Below are positions 48,542-58,655 of a DNA stretch of 64,000 nt, piece after piece. Both the position numbers and the translations under genes were made by a program. The notes beneath the pieces are model-generated. The model was given only the letters and a program-made list of their open reading frames with translations, searched no databases and was not told where the DNA came from. The DNA comes from Veleropilina oligotropha (taxonomy: Eukaryota): positions 1 to 64,000 of the forward strand of contig JBEUKZ010000034.1 of NCBI GenBank assembly GCA_048128005.1. Reading direction: 5' to 3'. The first letter of the stretch is position 1. Every line of letters begins with the position of its first letter.

Positions 48542-49542
48542 TTAATGCCTGAGAACCGGCGACAGCTGGGTGTCACGAGGCACCACGAGAAGTTCCTCTC
48601 GAACAAACCCACGCGGTGGTCCATCGAGCAAGTAGTAGAGCACAGGCTCGTCCGGCTTAGTGACAGAGCGTCCAAGCCGGTGAATCGTCAAAGACCACAC
48701 CGGGTCCGTCGCTCGCCGGCGACCACCCTCCAACTCACCGGGTTGGTATAGGTATCGAACATCTACGTCAGAGGGGAGTTTCTGTTCCTTCCCCTGTCGG
48801 TCTGGAACAGTGGAAGACGGCTTTTGGGCAACGCGAGGCGCCTTGATGGCGTCCTTGGGCTTTTTACTGGTGAGGCGGGTCTCTTCCCCATTCAAGGCCG
48901 CAACAACGGCGGGCAGCCTGGCCACCCACTCAGTTGACCTTTGACCCTCTTTCGCAGACTCTGCAAACCGCATCTCTGTTGCATACTGGTGCCTGAAGAG
49001 CCGCTCAGCGAGCGTCCGGTTGAAGCGCTCCACGATCCCTTGATCGCGATGGAGATCCACACGGCCACGCCTAACCTCCCTGGGTCGACTTGAAGCAGTT
49101 TCGGCCAGCTAAGAGGACTCCGCCTGTAGATTCGAGACAGAGATTCAGCAACCCCTTTGGCCTCTTTTGTGGCCAGAGGCTCGGCCTCTTTGTAGCGTGA
49201 GGCCACATCGACAACCGTAAGCACATACTTGTACGTTTTACGACCGACCTTGTCATGTGGGAGAAACAGGAGGTCTGCTTGGTGAACCTCGTTCGGCGTT
49301 ACGACGTCGAATTTTGGTCTTGGAATCCGCCGTGGCGCAGGTAAATAGATTTGCCAGATGGCCTGCTTCTTCAGCCAATCCCGGGCCACGTCTTCAGAGA
49401 CATCGACTGCGGCCGAGAGATGTTGTATCGCGGCGATCCCTTTCCAGTAGCCTCGGGGGCTATAGTAGAAAGTCGCAAGCTTCCGGTCCATTCCGCGCCC
49501 TCGAGTTCTTTTGCCGGTCTTCGCTGCCATCGAGACTGGCAA
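48542..49542 (-). pseudogene. rve integrase with an internal deletion/frameshift at ~49075
   Basis: HQADLLF, VVDVASRY and QVDPG in one frame; HRDQGIVERFNRTL in the other. Confidence 0.88.
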
Positions 49543-49799
49543 TGTATTCCAGTAAACTGATCAGTCTCCAACAGGCTTCAGCTTCCGGAGCCGGTCGCTG
49601 CACAGTCGTCGCCCGAAGGTTGGTCGGGCCCGAGAGCACCATGACCGCGAACCGCACCATAGTCTTTTCGTTGCGCCACCAGCAGTCGAGTGACGTAGTA
49701 CCAAGGCCCACCCCGCTGACCGCAAGCATGGCACAGTACAGCTCTTCTGGGAGCCCCATTATTATACAGGCCCACGAAAAAAATGTCCACTGGAAATAA

Positions 49800-50231
49800 T
49801 TAGGGTAGGAGCTTGTAGGCGACCAACCCGGTCGCTGCCATCCCCAGGATCACGAAGGTGATCTCACGTCCCTTCTGGTCATCACTAGGCGTGTAGTAGT
49901 CAGACAGGGCGGGCTCAGGGCCACCCCCCAGGGCGGGGTCAAGGTTCTTGCCGGTGATCAAGGCATACTCACGGATCGCGGCGTCAACATCCCGGAATGT
50001 GCCAACAGCATGACCCTGGCGGCGAAGTTCAACGTTCAGCCAGTCGAGACGCTCTGCCCTCTGTTGTGACCACTTAGTCTGAGCGGCGTTGAGCTGCTCT
50101 ACGGCTTTGTCGTGGCGTTTACGCTCCTCATCAACACCGGAGCTGCGTAGCTTCGAGAAGAGGAAGTTGGACCCGCTGAAGGCGAGGGCGTTGACGAGAG
50201 CGCCCCCAACCAGCATCGCAATGGAAGCCAT
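49800..50231 (-). CDS. Viral membrane protein (hydrophobic N- and C-termini, central coiled coil)
   Basis: ORF track; compact co-oriented gene packing. Confidence 0.7.
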   Translation of the reverse strand: MASIAMLVGGALVNALAFSGSNFLFSKLRSSGVDEERKRHDKAVEQLNAAQTKWSQQRAERLDWLNVELRRQGHAVGTFRDVDAAIREYALITGKNLDPALGGGPEPALSDYYTPSDDQKGREITFVILGMAATGLVAYKLLP

Positions 50232-50261
50232 TGAAGTGCTGCGATTATCTAGCAGGTCCCA

Positions 50262-50501
50262 CTACTTCAAAACGTCGGCCGGAATGATGCCTTGCTTGAT
50301 CAGCATATCTTTCGTCGCCATGGCGAGCGCTACGTCGAGGACGACCATCCCGACGTCGTAACCAGTTAAGTCCAGTTTGGGGCTTGGTCCCTTGAATACC
50401 ATTTTTCCCAGGCGTGCGTAGCCGATGGCAAGGCCTGATACGATCGCCGAGTGATAGACGGCGTTGCCGAGCATCTTTCCGTCAGTAATCGGGGTAGTCA
50501 T
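50262..50501 (-). CDS. Small hydrophobic viral protein, 79 aa
   Basis: Two hydrophobic segments; gene packing. Confidence 0.65.
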   Translation of the reverse strand: MTTPITDGKMLGNAVYHSAIVSGLAIGYARLGKMVFKGPSPKLDLTGYDVGMVVLDVALAMATKDMLIKQGIIPADVLK

Positions 50502-50513
50502 GTTGTACTGCTA

Positions 50514-50969
50514 CTATCGCATATGGAACGGGTTGTGCTCATTCTTCAATTCGGTGGTGGTCCTTGGGGTGGTAGGCTGCCTCGCCTGTGCTAGTGGCTG
50601 TTGATGTGGTGTGGATGGACCACTGCTACGTTTCCAGACAACAAATAGCAACGCAACCGTACCGGCAGCAACGGCTACCTGGGTCCAATTAAATGGGTCC
50701 GATTTCCGTGTAGCTGACTGTACGGCGCGAACGTCCTTTTCGACCGCGGTCACCTCGGCCGGGGCACCACTGTGTTTTTGGTTGGGCTGTGCCTCCGGTA
50801 GGTCTGAAGGAACTTCGCTGATGGATACTTGTCGAGCGTCTTCTTTGAGTCTTCTAACGTCAGCAAGGAGCCTCTCCTGCTTGGCTTTCCGAGCAGCAGC
50901 TCCGGCCCGACCCGCAGCCACCTTCTTAGGGTCCTTTTTACTCACTGATGAGTCTGTCGAAGAAGTCAC
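50514..50969 (-). CDS. Viral protein with a KKDPKKVAAGRAGA basic motif and one TM helix
   Basis: ORF track; TM segment VAVAAGTVALLFVVW. Confidence 0.65.
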   Translation of the reverse strand: MTSSTDSSVSKKDPKKVAAGRAGAAARKAKQERLLADVRRLKEDARQVSISEVPSDLPEAQPNQKHSGAPAEVTAVEKDVRAVQSATRKSDPFNWTQVAVAAGTVALLFVVWKRSSGPSTPHQQPLAQARQPTTPRTTTELKNEHNPFHMR

Positions 50970-51693
50970 CCTCTCTATCGGCGGGCTCGGTGCCTAAATT
51001 TGGTCCACTTCCGGCGTTGTCATCTAGATCTCGCCCTCGCTCTGGTATCTTAGGCGGGCAAACATGTCCAAATTGGCAGTGCTTCGCAGTGGTCAACACG
51101 GCGGTCAGCGGCGCTAGCCACATGCCATACTTATAATACAGCTCACAGCTTGCACCGCGGAGAGCATGGGCGATGAAAGGATCGGCCTCGAGGTCAGCGA
51201 CCAGACGTGGTTGGTTCTCCGGCGGAATGGGCAAGAACATCCCAGCTGCACCCGCATACAGCTGTATAGCAGCGGCCCCCAGGGTCTTCGTCATGTCAGC
51301 ACCTAGCTTCGCTTCATACCGTGCATGGTGTTTCTCAACCTCGTCGTCAGTCATATCGTCGATTGGGTCAACCGTGAGGTTTCTCCCCAAGTATTTGCTG
51401 GCATCCCCTCCGATGGCTAGTGCGGCAAGCCTCTCCCGTTTCTTTGCCATCCCTATGGAGCCACTGACAGGTTCCTCGTGCTGCGAGCATCGTTTGGTCG
51501 TCGAGCCATGGCCGCCCACGGTCGTTTCTTCCTCGTCATCCATGAGTTGGTCGATAAGACTGTCCATCCTTAAGCGTTGCCAACATCTTCGGAGCGGTCT
51601 AATATAGCGATAATGCCAGTACCACAATGTAGCGAGTAGCAGCAACAGAAGGCTCTGGCTGCAAGCAAAAGCTATGTATACAGCGTCCGACAT
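50938..51693 (-). CDS. Hypothetical viral protein (true start uncertain)
   Basis: 251-aa ORF packed between the ATPase and downstream genes. Confidence 0.6.
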   Translation of the reverse strand: MSDAVYIAFACSQSLLLLLLATLWYWHYRYIRPLRRCWQRLRMDSLIDQLMDDEEETTVGGHGSTTKRCSQHEEPVSGSIGMAKKRERLAALAIGGDASKYLGRNLTVDPIDDMTDDEVEKHHARYEAKLGADMTKTLGAAAIQLYAGAAGMFLPIPPENQPRLVADLEADPFIAHALRGASCELYYKYGMWLAPLTAVLTTAKHCQFGHVCPPKIPERGRDLDDNAGSGPNLGTEPADREGDFFDRLISE

Positions 51694-51714
51694 GCCTAGC
51701 TAGCTAAGTAGCTG

Positions 51715-52350
51715 CTACAACACACTATAAGCAACAGGCTGATCAGTTTTCAACAGAAGCTTTTTGTGTCGGGTCTCGGCCAAAAGCCGGCGCACTGCGG
51801 TTCTCTCGTCGCAGGATGAGATAACATCGTTCTCGCGCAGACAGTCCTCGAAACTGTCGCGGTCCTTGCAATGGAACAGCGCGACCCAGCGGGTCTGCTC
51901 TCTGAGTTCCTTCAAAACCGAGTTGTATTTTTGCGTCACGACCCATATGCTCTGTTCGGCATGTCTTCCGCTGAAGGCCAACAAAGTCAGCATATCCCTT
52001 CTCTTTGCGAGGGCTTTGCTGGCGGCGCAGTCGTCGATGATGTACAGAGTCGACTCCCCCTGAAACAGCCGGTAGAACCCCCGCAACCAGTCATGGAGTC
52101 GCTCACCGGGGGGGATCAAGTACACCTCAGGGTCAGTCCAGATCCATGGACAGGACTGGTATGCTTTGTTGTACTTGATCGTGGGGCAGAGGATCACAAT
52201 ATGCCGGAACACTCCTAGGTACTCCCCCTCCAGAAGTTCAAGCATGAAAACCGTCTTCCCACAGCCCGTCTGGCCGCAGATGATCGCGGAGTGGGGATCC
52301 TTGGGGTGCGGGAACTGTCTTTTAGTATAGCGCGGTGACAAAGCGTCCAT
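51715..52350 (-). CDS. A32-like packaging ATPase
   Basis: GQTGCGKT, YIIDDC, FSGRH and VTQKY motifs. Confidence 0.92.
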   Translation of the reverse strand: MDALSPRYTKRQFPHPKDPHSAIICGQTGCGKTVFMLELLEGEYLGVFRHIVILCPTIKYNKAYQSCPWIWTDPEVYLIPPGERLHDWLRGFYRLFQGESTLYIIDDCAASKALAKRRDMLTLLAFSGRHAEQSIWVVTQKYNSVLKELREQTRWVALFHCKDRDSFEDCLRENDVISSCDERTAVRRLLAETRHKKLLLKTDQPVAYSVL

Positions 52351-53625
52351 CCTGAATATGCAGTTGCGCGTCCATTATCACGAACACGTAGACGTTCAAC
52401 GGGCCGGCGGCTTCGCCTGTCTTCGTGATCTGAATCGTGATGCCCTCGCTGGCGTTATCTACTTTCCGGCCTGACCCATGCAGCGCGTCGTCGTCGGTGA
52501 CCCTCAGGTCTATAACTAGAGCAAATTTATTCGTCAAGAACTGGCCCAGGGTGACGTCCGCCAATTCCAAATCCTTGGCAACCAACGCCACCTCAGGATG
52601 GCGCTTGCTGATCAGGGAGGAGGCGAAGAATCTCCTGGCTTCGTCCCACATCTGGTAGGAACGCATGCCCTGGCTGTATATTTGGTTCGGGACACCCTCA
52701 ATAGTGACCTCGACCTTCGTGATCTTCGGATTGTAGAAGGCCTCGGTGTCCCTCGCGAATGGTGCGGCGTCTCTCGCGGGATCCTCGAACAGAAGTAGGA
52801 TTCCCTTCATGGATTTCGCTGGTATATTCAAATTTAAATTCCACAAAGTGTCACTCTTGTCTCTGGTGATCTTACGATGCCGCAGGACACGATCGTACAG
52901 GATTGTGAGGCGGCCCGAGTACTGGTTTTGTATCAGCCTGGCAATCTCAAGATTAGTGACCATGTCGTATTCCAGGCTGATATTGTCGATGACGTAGCTG
53001 GAGCTGGGGTCATCGGTGTCCCTGATCGTCCTTGAGTGGTCGTTGAAGGTGAGCTCATATTCCAGACGGTCCCCCAACGCACTTTGGTAGAACGGCATGT
53101 GGCTCTCCAGCAACTCGAAGTCCAGCGGGATGCGGAACCTCGGACCGTAAGCGTCCGAGATGGCCGTGTCCTCAGAATGTCTGAACGCGCCCTCAGCGCC
53201 GACACGACTCTTCGTAGTGTTGTGGCTGTCGCTGGTATCAATACCCTGATATTGGGCATTCTTGCGCTCCCCTGCGGTCTTCCAGAGATCGCAGTAGCAG
53301 TGGTACACGTCGGAGTCATCTATAGACATGACTTCGTTCCCACTGATCTTTATCGTGGTCTTCTTGACCACGGCGCGTCCGATATTCTGAACTACAGTTC
53401 TGTTCGGGTTAGCCGAGGTCAGAGAAATGGTGAATGCGAGGTGGGCAGTCCCTGGCACGATAACTTCGTGAGTCCCGAGATTCGGGAACCGAACCAACAG
53501 CTGCTGGTTGGCGGCGATCGTGGAGGGGTTGTTCGTTATGGTGACCGACTGGCGGACCCCTTCACCCCAAGAGGCTGTCGCAGTCTGCGGTATGGATCAA
53601 GCGTGCGTCCGTACGGGCTGGCCAT
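52322..53625 (-). pseudogene. Probable major capsid protein (double jelly-roll), 1-nt frameshift near 53558
   Basis: ATG at 53625 (MASPYGRTLDPYRRLR..) joins ORF 52322..53497 when one G is restored. ~430 aa, beta-rich, adjacent to the ATPase. Confidence 0.7.
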
Positions 53626-53668
53626 GTTGTTGTCTGAATTAGATGCGTACCCCGGTGGTTGTATTCAA

Positions 53669-54969
53669 ATGGCGGAATTTGCCAACCCCACATTCGAGCC
53701 CGACATCATCGACGATGAGGATGTGACAATGCCGGCACAATCCACAGACGGTGGGTTTGTGCCGCTAGCGCCACAGGAAGGAACCAGCGATCTGCAGCAA
53801 GAGATCGTTCGGTCAGCAGTGGATGGCTACTACGAAGCCCTGTCGAAGGATGGGCAAACCCCGCCCCCGTGGCGTGATTATGCCCAGTTCGAGTATGTAG
53901 AGGGGGAGGGATTGCAGCTGAAGAAACATCAAAATATCGATCTCATCAATTCTATCACCAAGGAACCCAATGCTTTGTCAACACTAGCTAACCGGAGAGG
54001 TTGGGGTAAAGCGATCAGAGATGGGTTGGGTTTTGTCCACTGGAAGCGGCCAGGAGAGGCGGGGGAAAGGGGGACAAAAGCTGCCATCAAAAGCCGTTGC
54101 AGCTCTGCAGACAGCCAACAACGAGTTGAGCGGTGCGGCGGCCAACGTAGACAACGTGGAACTGCGGGACTTGGGCAGACAGCTACTGAGGCATCAGTAG
54201 CAATCCACACAATGGAGACGACGTTCACAGATGCTGAGGTTGAAGAGTTCTTGAACTCTATGGAGGGGGACCCGCCTCCATTCAATCTTCGTGAGCTTCG
54301 TGGGCTGGACAAGGCGATGCAGACCATTCGAGGCGAGCTCACTAACAACCTGGCCAAACTAACGGCGCTGGACGAACACATAGAGCTGGAGAAGAGGAAG
54401 CTCGATCAGGCAGATGAAGAGGGCGGTGTGGATGAGTTCGTCCGTCGATGGATTGCGGAACGTCTGCGCAATTTACATGATGAGAGAGCAGCTCGCCTAG
54501 AGGCAGCCGGGTCCAGCCGGGAGGCCCTTCGCTCTCAAATCAGCCGGATCCGAGAGATGCTAAATCGGATTCTCCACTCAGATACAACGCTGGCCGAGCG
54601 TATCCGGACCCTATTTCGCGAGCAGGGGGTTACGATTGTGACTATACTGACCGCTATTGGGTTGGCTATCTCGACTTTGGTACTAGCCCTGACAGGTGGA
54701 GCGCCGAGCATCGCACCAACACCACCACCTCCCAGTGGTCAGGGGGGGTCAAGGAGTGGGTCAAAAAGCAGCTGCAGAACCTGGGTCGGATTCTGGGCAA
54801 ACTCGCAGGGAAGGCCACAGCCGCACTCCCAGGAATACTTGGAAGCCTGGTCTCCTGGCTAATCAACCTGGTCGGCAAGACTGCGTCGTGGCTGGCCGAG
54901 AACCTGTGGGCTGTGATTATATCTGTTGGGGGCTTGCTTCTTATTGCCGCTAGACAGTGGGTCACGTAA
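53669..54969 (+). pseudogene. Coiled-coil protein with C-terminal TM segments, apparently frameshifted
   Basis: Likely start MAEFANPTF; heptad region; TM VTILTAIGLAISTLVLAL; a further hydrophobic tail in another frame. Confidence 0.55.
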
Positions 54970-56236
54970 GCCAAATGAACGCTAGGCCAACGACAATGCC
55001 GCCCACGATGAGTGCAGTTTTCTCCTCGTCATGTGAGGCAACCCCGGCTGGAACAGCTGCCGGCTCATCGTTTGGATGCTTCGGAGCATCTGCCCGTAAG
55101 ACTGCGTCTTGTGGGATGACCAGTCCTGTTTCTCCAGTCTCCCCTCCGGCGTTGAGCGGCACACTGGCCGCGTTGACCGTAGTATTAAGACCGAGTGTCT
55201 GGTTTTCCGTGGCGACGACGATCTCGTTGTTATAACCAGCCACCTGCCCGATCCGTAGAAGCATGTTACTTGGCGCCATGTACAGGCCATGTCCAAAGAC
55301 GAAGTCCACTTTTGACCTCGCATACTGGAGCACCTCTTGGTACCGTTTGATGGCTGATGGCAGATCAACTGGAGACGAGATTGCGTCTTCCACGTTCGCC
55401 AGGTACTGTTTCTGTGAGTCAAATGCCGTCCCACTACCCAGAATGCCTGCACGCATTTGAGCCTGCGCTCCAAGAATCGCCAAGACGTAGGTCCTGATGG
55501 AGTCATTGAGCCTCTCCACGCCGGCCTGGGTGAATCCCGCCGACTTGTCCAGAATAAACGAAGCCCAGCCGTTTGAAAGCGCAGGCGCTTGCGCGATGTA
55601 GTCCACGTGCAGATTCGTGTTGGTCGTACCTTTGGTGAAGGACATTCGGCCTGGATCATACTCACGTCCGATGGGGTGGTAGCCGTTGTTCGTCCAGTAG
55701 CTGTAAGCGGTGCCTAGTCCGCCGTTGGGACCCTTGACACGCCAGTCGGTATGTGGTGACACTCCGAATTCGCTGCAGATCTTTTCATATGCCCTTCGGT
55801 CATACGGGGTGTCGAATGCATCCCACGTCCTGTCTTGTGGCAGCGGCGCCTGAATTTCGGTCAGTACCCTTCTGACCTGATAGTAGACGTGGAAGGTGAA
55901 TACGGCTCTGGAGAGGGGGTCGGTCGCATTCAAGTGGTCTTCTGCAGATACCCCGGAACCGGTTGTGGCACACCACACTGCGAAGTTGACCTGGTTCTGC
56001 CAGAACCTCATCGGCGTGCTGTGCCAATCACGTATTAGCAGATCACTCGCGACATTTGGGAGGCGGTATTTTTGAAAGACGTCGGGGTAGTCTGCCCCGA
56101 ATGCAGGATGGGGAGATTCAGACGAGGAGACAACGACGCGTGGTTTTGTAAGCTGCTCATCCTTTATCCGGGCTGGGTACACCACACCGGTCGAATAGGC
56201 CGCACTCCTATTAAAAGCAAAGGCGCTCTTAGCCAT
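54962..56236 (-). CDS. Hypothetical viral protein (~424 aa) with a C-terminal TM anchor
   Basis: Long intact ORF ending ALIVGGIVVGLAFIWLT. Start at MAKSAF assumed. Confidence 0.7.
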   Translation of the reverse strand: MAKSAFAFNRSAAYSTGVVYPARIKDEQLTKPRVVVSSSESPHPAFGADYPDVFQKYRLPNVASDLLIRDWHSTPMRFWQNQVNFAVWCATTGSGVSAEDHLNATDPLSRAVFTFHVYYQVRRVLTEIQAPLPQDRTWDAFDTPYDRRAYEKICSEFGVSPHTDWRVKGPNGGLGTAYSYWTNNGYHPIGREYDPGRMSFTKGTTNTNLHVDYIAQAPALSNGWASFILDKSAGFTQAGVERLNDSIRTYVLAILGAQAQMRAGILGSGTAFDSQKQYLANVEDAISSPVDLPSAIKRYQEVLQYARSKVDFVFGHGLYMAPSNMLLRIGQVAGYNNEIVVATENQTLGLNTTVNAASVPLNAGGETGETGLVIPQDAVLRADAPKHPNDEPAAVPAGVASHDEEKTALIVGGIVVGLAFIWLT

Positions 56237-56240
56237 AGCT

Positions 56241-56980
56241 ATGTTCCACACATTAACGAGTGTTCAAGATGGGACCGCGGTTGCCCTCCTGGAGCCTATT
56301 GATAACCGGGACGGCAAACTATGCGTCGGCCTGCGCTCGCTCGACTATTGGGTTGGTTGGCATAACGTACACGCAGGAGCCTTCTTCCAGACCCCCAATA
56401 CCACGGTCGAGGTAGCACCGGGTTTCTACAGCTTCGATTCCCTCGCCAAGACACTGAAGAGGTCGCTAGTTAACATACAGCTAGATGTAAGCCATGATAC
56501 GGGACTCGCCCGAATCGTTGTCCCAGAGGGGACCCGACTCGCGATCAGCGACGATATAAGGAAGCTCCTCGGCTTAGACCTTTCTTCGTTCATCCTCGAT
56601 AAATCGGGGAATCTGAACCCACCCCTACGCCAGCCTGTACGGGCCGACCTCCCCCTCCGGAGAGATCCGAGTGGCTACGCCCCGGGACTTATGACGGGGA
56701 CAAGCCGGTAGGGTTTGCCATAGCATCGACCCTACACGTCCATCTGGAGCAGCTCAGTACAACCCACAACGTGAAGGACGGCGTCCCAAGCAATATTCTC
56801 GCGGTGGTCCCTATAACGTCGCAGATATTCGGCGAGGCTGCCCACTACCACAGTTATCCAGCCCTCAGGCGACTGCAGGCCGGGTCACTCACAGAATTAA
56901 AGGTGTACATCACAGACTCAGATGGTAAACCGCTCGACAATCATGGCATGCCTATTACCGCAGTCCTTGAGATACCAGCA
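56241..56980 (+). pseudogene. Minor capsid (penton-like) protein, frameshifted near 56700
   Basis: VGLRSL.YWVGWHNV, PGFYSF and KLLGL, then SNILAVVPI...ELKVYITDSDGKPLDNHG..ITAVLEI. Confidence 0.65.
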
Positions 56981-57326
56981 TCTATGGGACCCTCCCCCCC
57001 CTCCTCCTGCTTGCAGATGAGCCTTCCCCGACCCGGTGGCACTTCGTTCTTAATTGTGGGGAAGCGCCCAAGAAGGGGCTGGCGAAGAGGGAGTTCATGA
57101 TCCCAAACGCTGGAGGTCGGTTTGGGTTAAACCCAGCCCTCCTAATGATCCACCTGACGCCGGTCCAGCCCGCCGGGGGCCCCAAATCATGTTCCATAAG
57201 TACGCTTGGCCTGAATTCGGACAGGTTGACCCTCGCCTTCATCATCAAGGCCCCATGGGTGAGCACTTTTTATTTGAACGTTACTGTCGACATTGGGAAT
57301 CAACAGGCTGAACAATACAGCCACGT

Positions 57327-57962
57327 ATGATGGACAGCAAGCCATCAGCGCCAACGCTGTACCCACAGCTTGGTGGCGATGTGCCTTCGGAACTGCCGGA
57401 GGCACAGTCTTTCCGACTACAGAAAGTGAATGAGCTTCAGGGACAGCTAGAACGAGAGAGAGACACAAGGGCTGCCCTGTATAAAAAGTACCGGCGAGGC
57501 GTTAACGTCATTGACGGGATCGACTCGGCCCTGGTCGTGGCCACCCTTGGTATGGGTAGCGCCGGCATCGGACTGTTGTCCACGATCGTTGCCGCACCCG
57601 TGGTCCTAGTGCTGGAATTAGCGGCGTTAGGGTGTGGGCTCGCAAACATGGGTGAAAAATATATCAGCCGACGCCTCGGGGTGAAGGCGAAAAAGCACGA
57701 CGAAATACGAGTACTGGCCGACAGCAAACTGAATACCATAACCGACCACGTCTCAAAGGCCTTAGCGGACGGGGTGATGTCTGATGATGAATTCAAACTG
57801 GTCACAGGGGAGATGGAAAACTATCGGACAATGAAAGCCACCCTGCGTCTCAAAAGTCTAAAGGCACACACCGCGGTTTCACAGACCCAAAGCGAGCTTA
57901 TTGAGCGTGGTCGTAAAGAGGGTCGCGCAGAGCTGCTGAAAAAAATCGGAGCTGGCGACTAA
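57327..57962 (+). CDS. Viral membrane protein, 211 aa, with N-terminal PSAP and LYPQL motifs
   Basis: Central hydrophobic hairpin with coiled coils on both sides. Confidence 0.75.
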   Translation: MMDSKPSAPTLYPQLGGDVPSELPEAQSFRLQKVNELQGQLERERDTRAALYKKYRRGVNVIDGIDSALVVATLGMGSAGIGLLSTIVAAPVVLVLELAALGCGLANMGEKYISRRLGVKAKKHDEIRVLADSKLNTITDHVSKALADGVMSDDEFKLVTGEMENYRTMKATLRLKSLKAHTAVSQTQSELIERGRKEGRAELLKKIGAGD

Positions 57963-58041
57963 CTATCGAGGTTGAGCGTAGCCACGACTACCCCCCTCCC
58001 CCGTATTAAAGCTAGAACTCGACAGTGATATCTGGACAACC

Positions 58042-58452
58042 ATGAAATCCATGCTACTTCTGTGCATTGCCACGGTGTGCTGGCTAGGGGGTGTCTCTAC
58101 CCAGGCGTCGAGACACGACACCGCATTAATTCTCGAACATACGTGGGCCAGGTACCGAAATCACCCCATGTACAACATACGACTCGACCCCTTGCATAGA
58201 AACATGCTACAAAACCCACCCCCAGTTCCCCCACCCTCATGTCACTACTATGTTGTCGATGGAGAGAATGGCTGTGGCCCCGACCCAAATACTGTCGTTT
58301 GCGTCCAGTGTGAACAGCCCTCCCGATGTACGGGTAAAAACGGGCAGTACTTCTCAGTGCTATCGACCGGCTGCTTGGGTACGTGGAGTCAGATAGGGCA
58401 CCTTTCACCATGCAACTGCACGCTCGCCAGCGGCAACTACATATTCATATAA
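58042..58452 (+). CDS. Predicted secreted cysteine-rich protein, 136 aa
   Basis: ACCATG start, signal peptide MKSMLLLCIATVCWLGGVSTQA, multiple C-terminal cysteines. Confidence 0.5.
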   Translation: MKSMLLLCIATVCWLGGVSTQASRHDTALILEHTWARYRNHPMYNIRLDPLHRNMLQNPPPVPPPSCHYYVVDGENGCGPDPNTVVCVQCEQPSRCTGKNGQYFSVLSTGCLGTWSQIGHLSPCNCTLASGNYIFI

Positions 58453-58655
58453 CAGCTGCTTGGGAATTCCCTGCCTTACAATATTTTCAGGCCTCCCCAG
58501 TGTTATATTAATAGCCGGCCAGCAACTACATATTCATATAACAGCTGCTTGGGAATTCCCTGCCTTACAATATATTTTCAGGCTCGTGTTATATTAATAG
58601 CCAGCCGGCAACTACATATTCATATAACAGCTGCTTGGGAATTCCCTGCCTTACA
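58425..58655 (+). promoter_or_regulatory. Three tandem ~86-89-bp units, each with GGGAATTCCC and CAGCTG
   Basis: GGGAATTCCC at 58462, 58551 and 58637. Confidence 0.6.

Noticed and set aside
53036..53668. N-terminal ~210 aa of the 608-aa ORF, and the many antisense ORFs across 45753-57805
   Set aside because: Shadow frames of real genes in GC-rich viral DNA.
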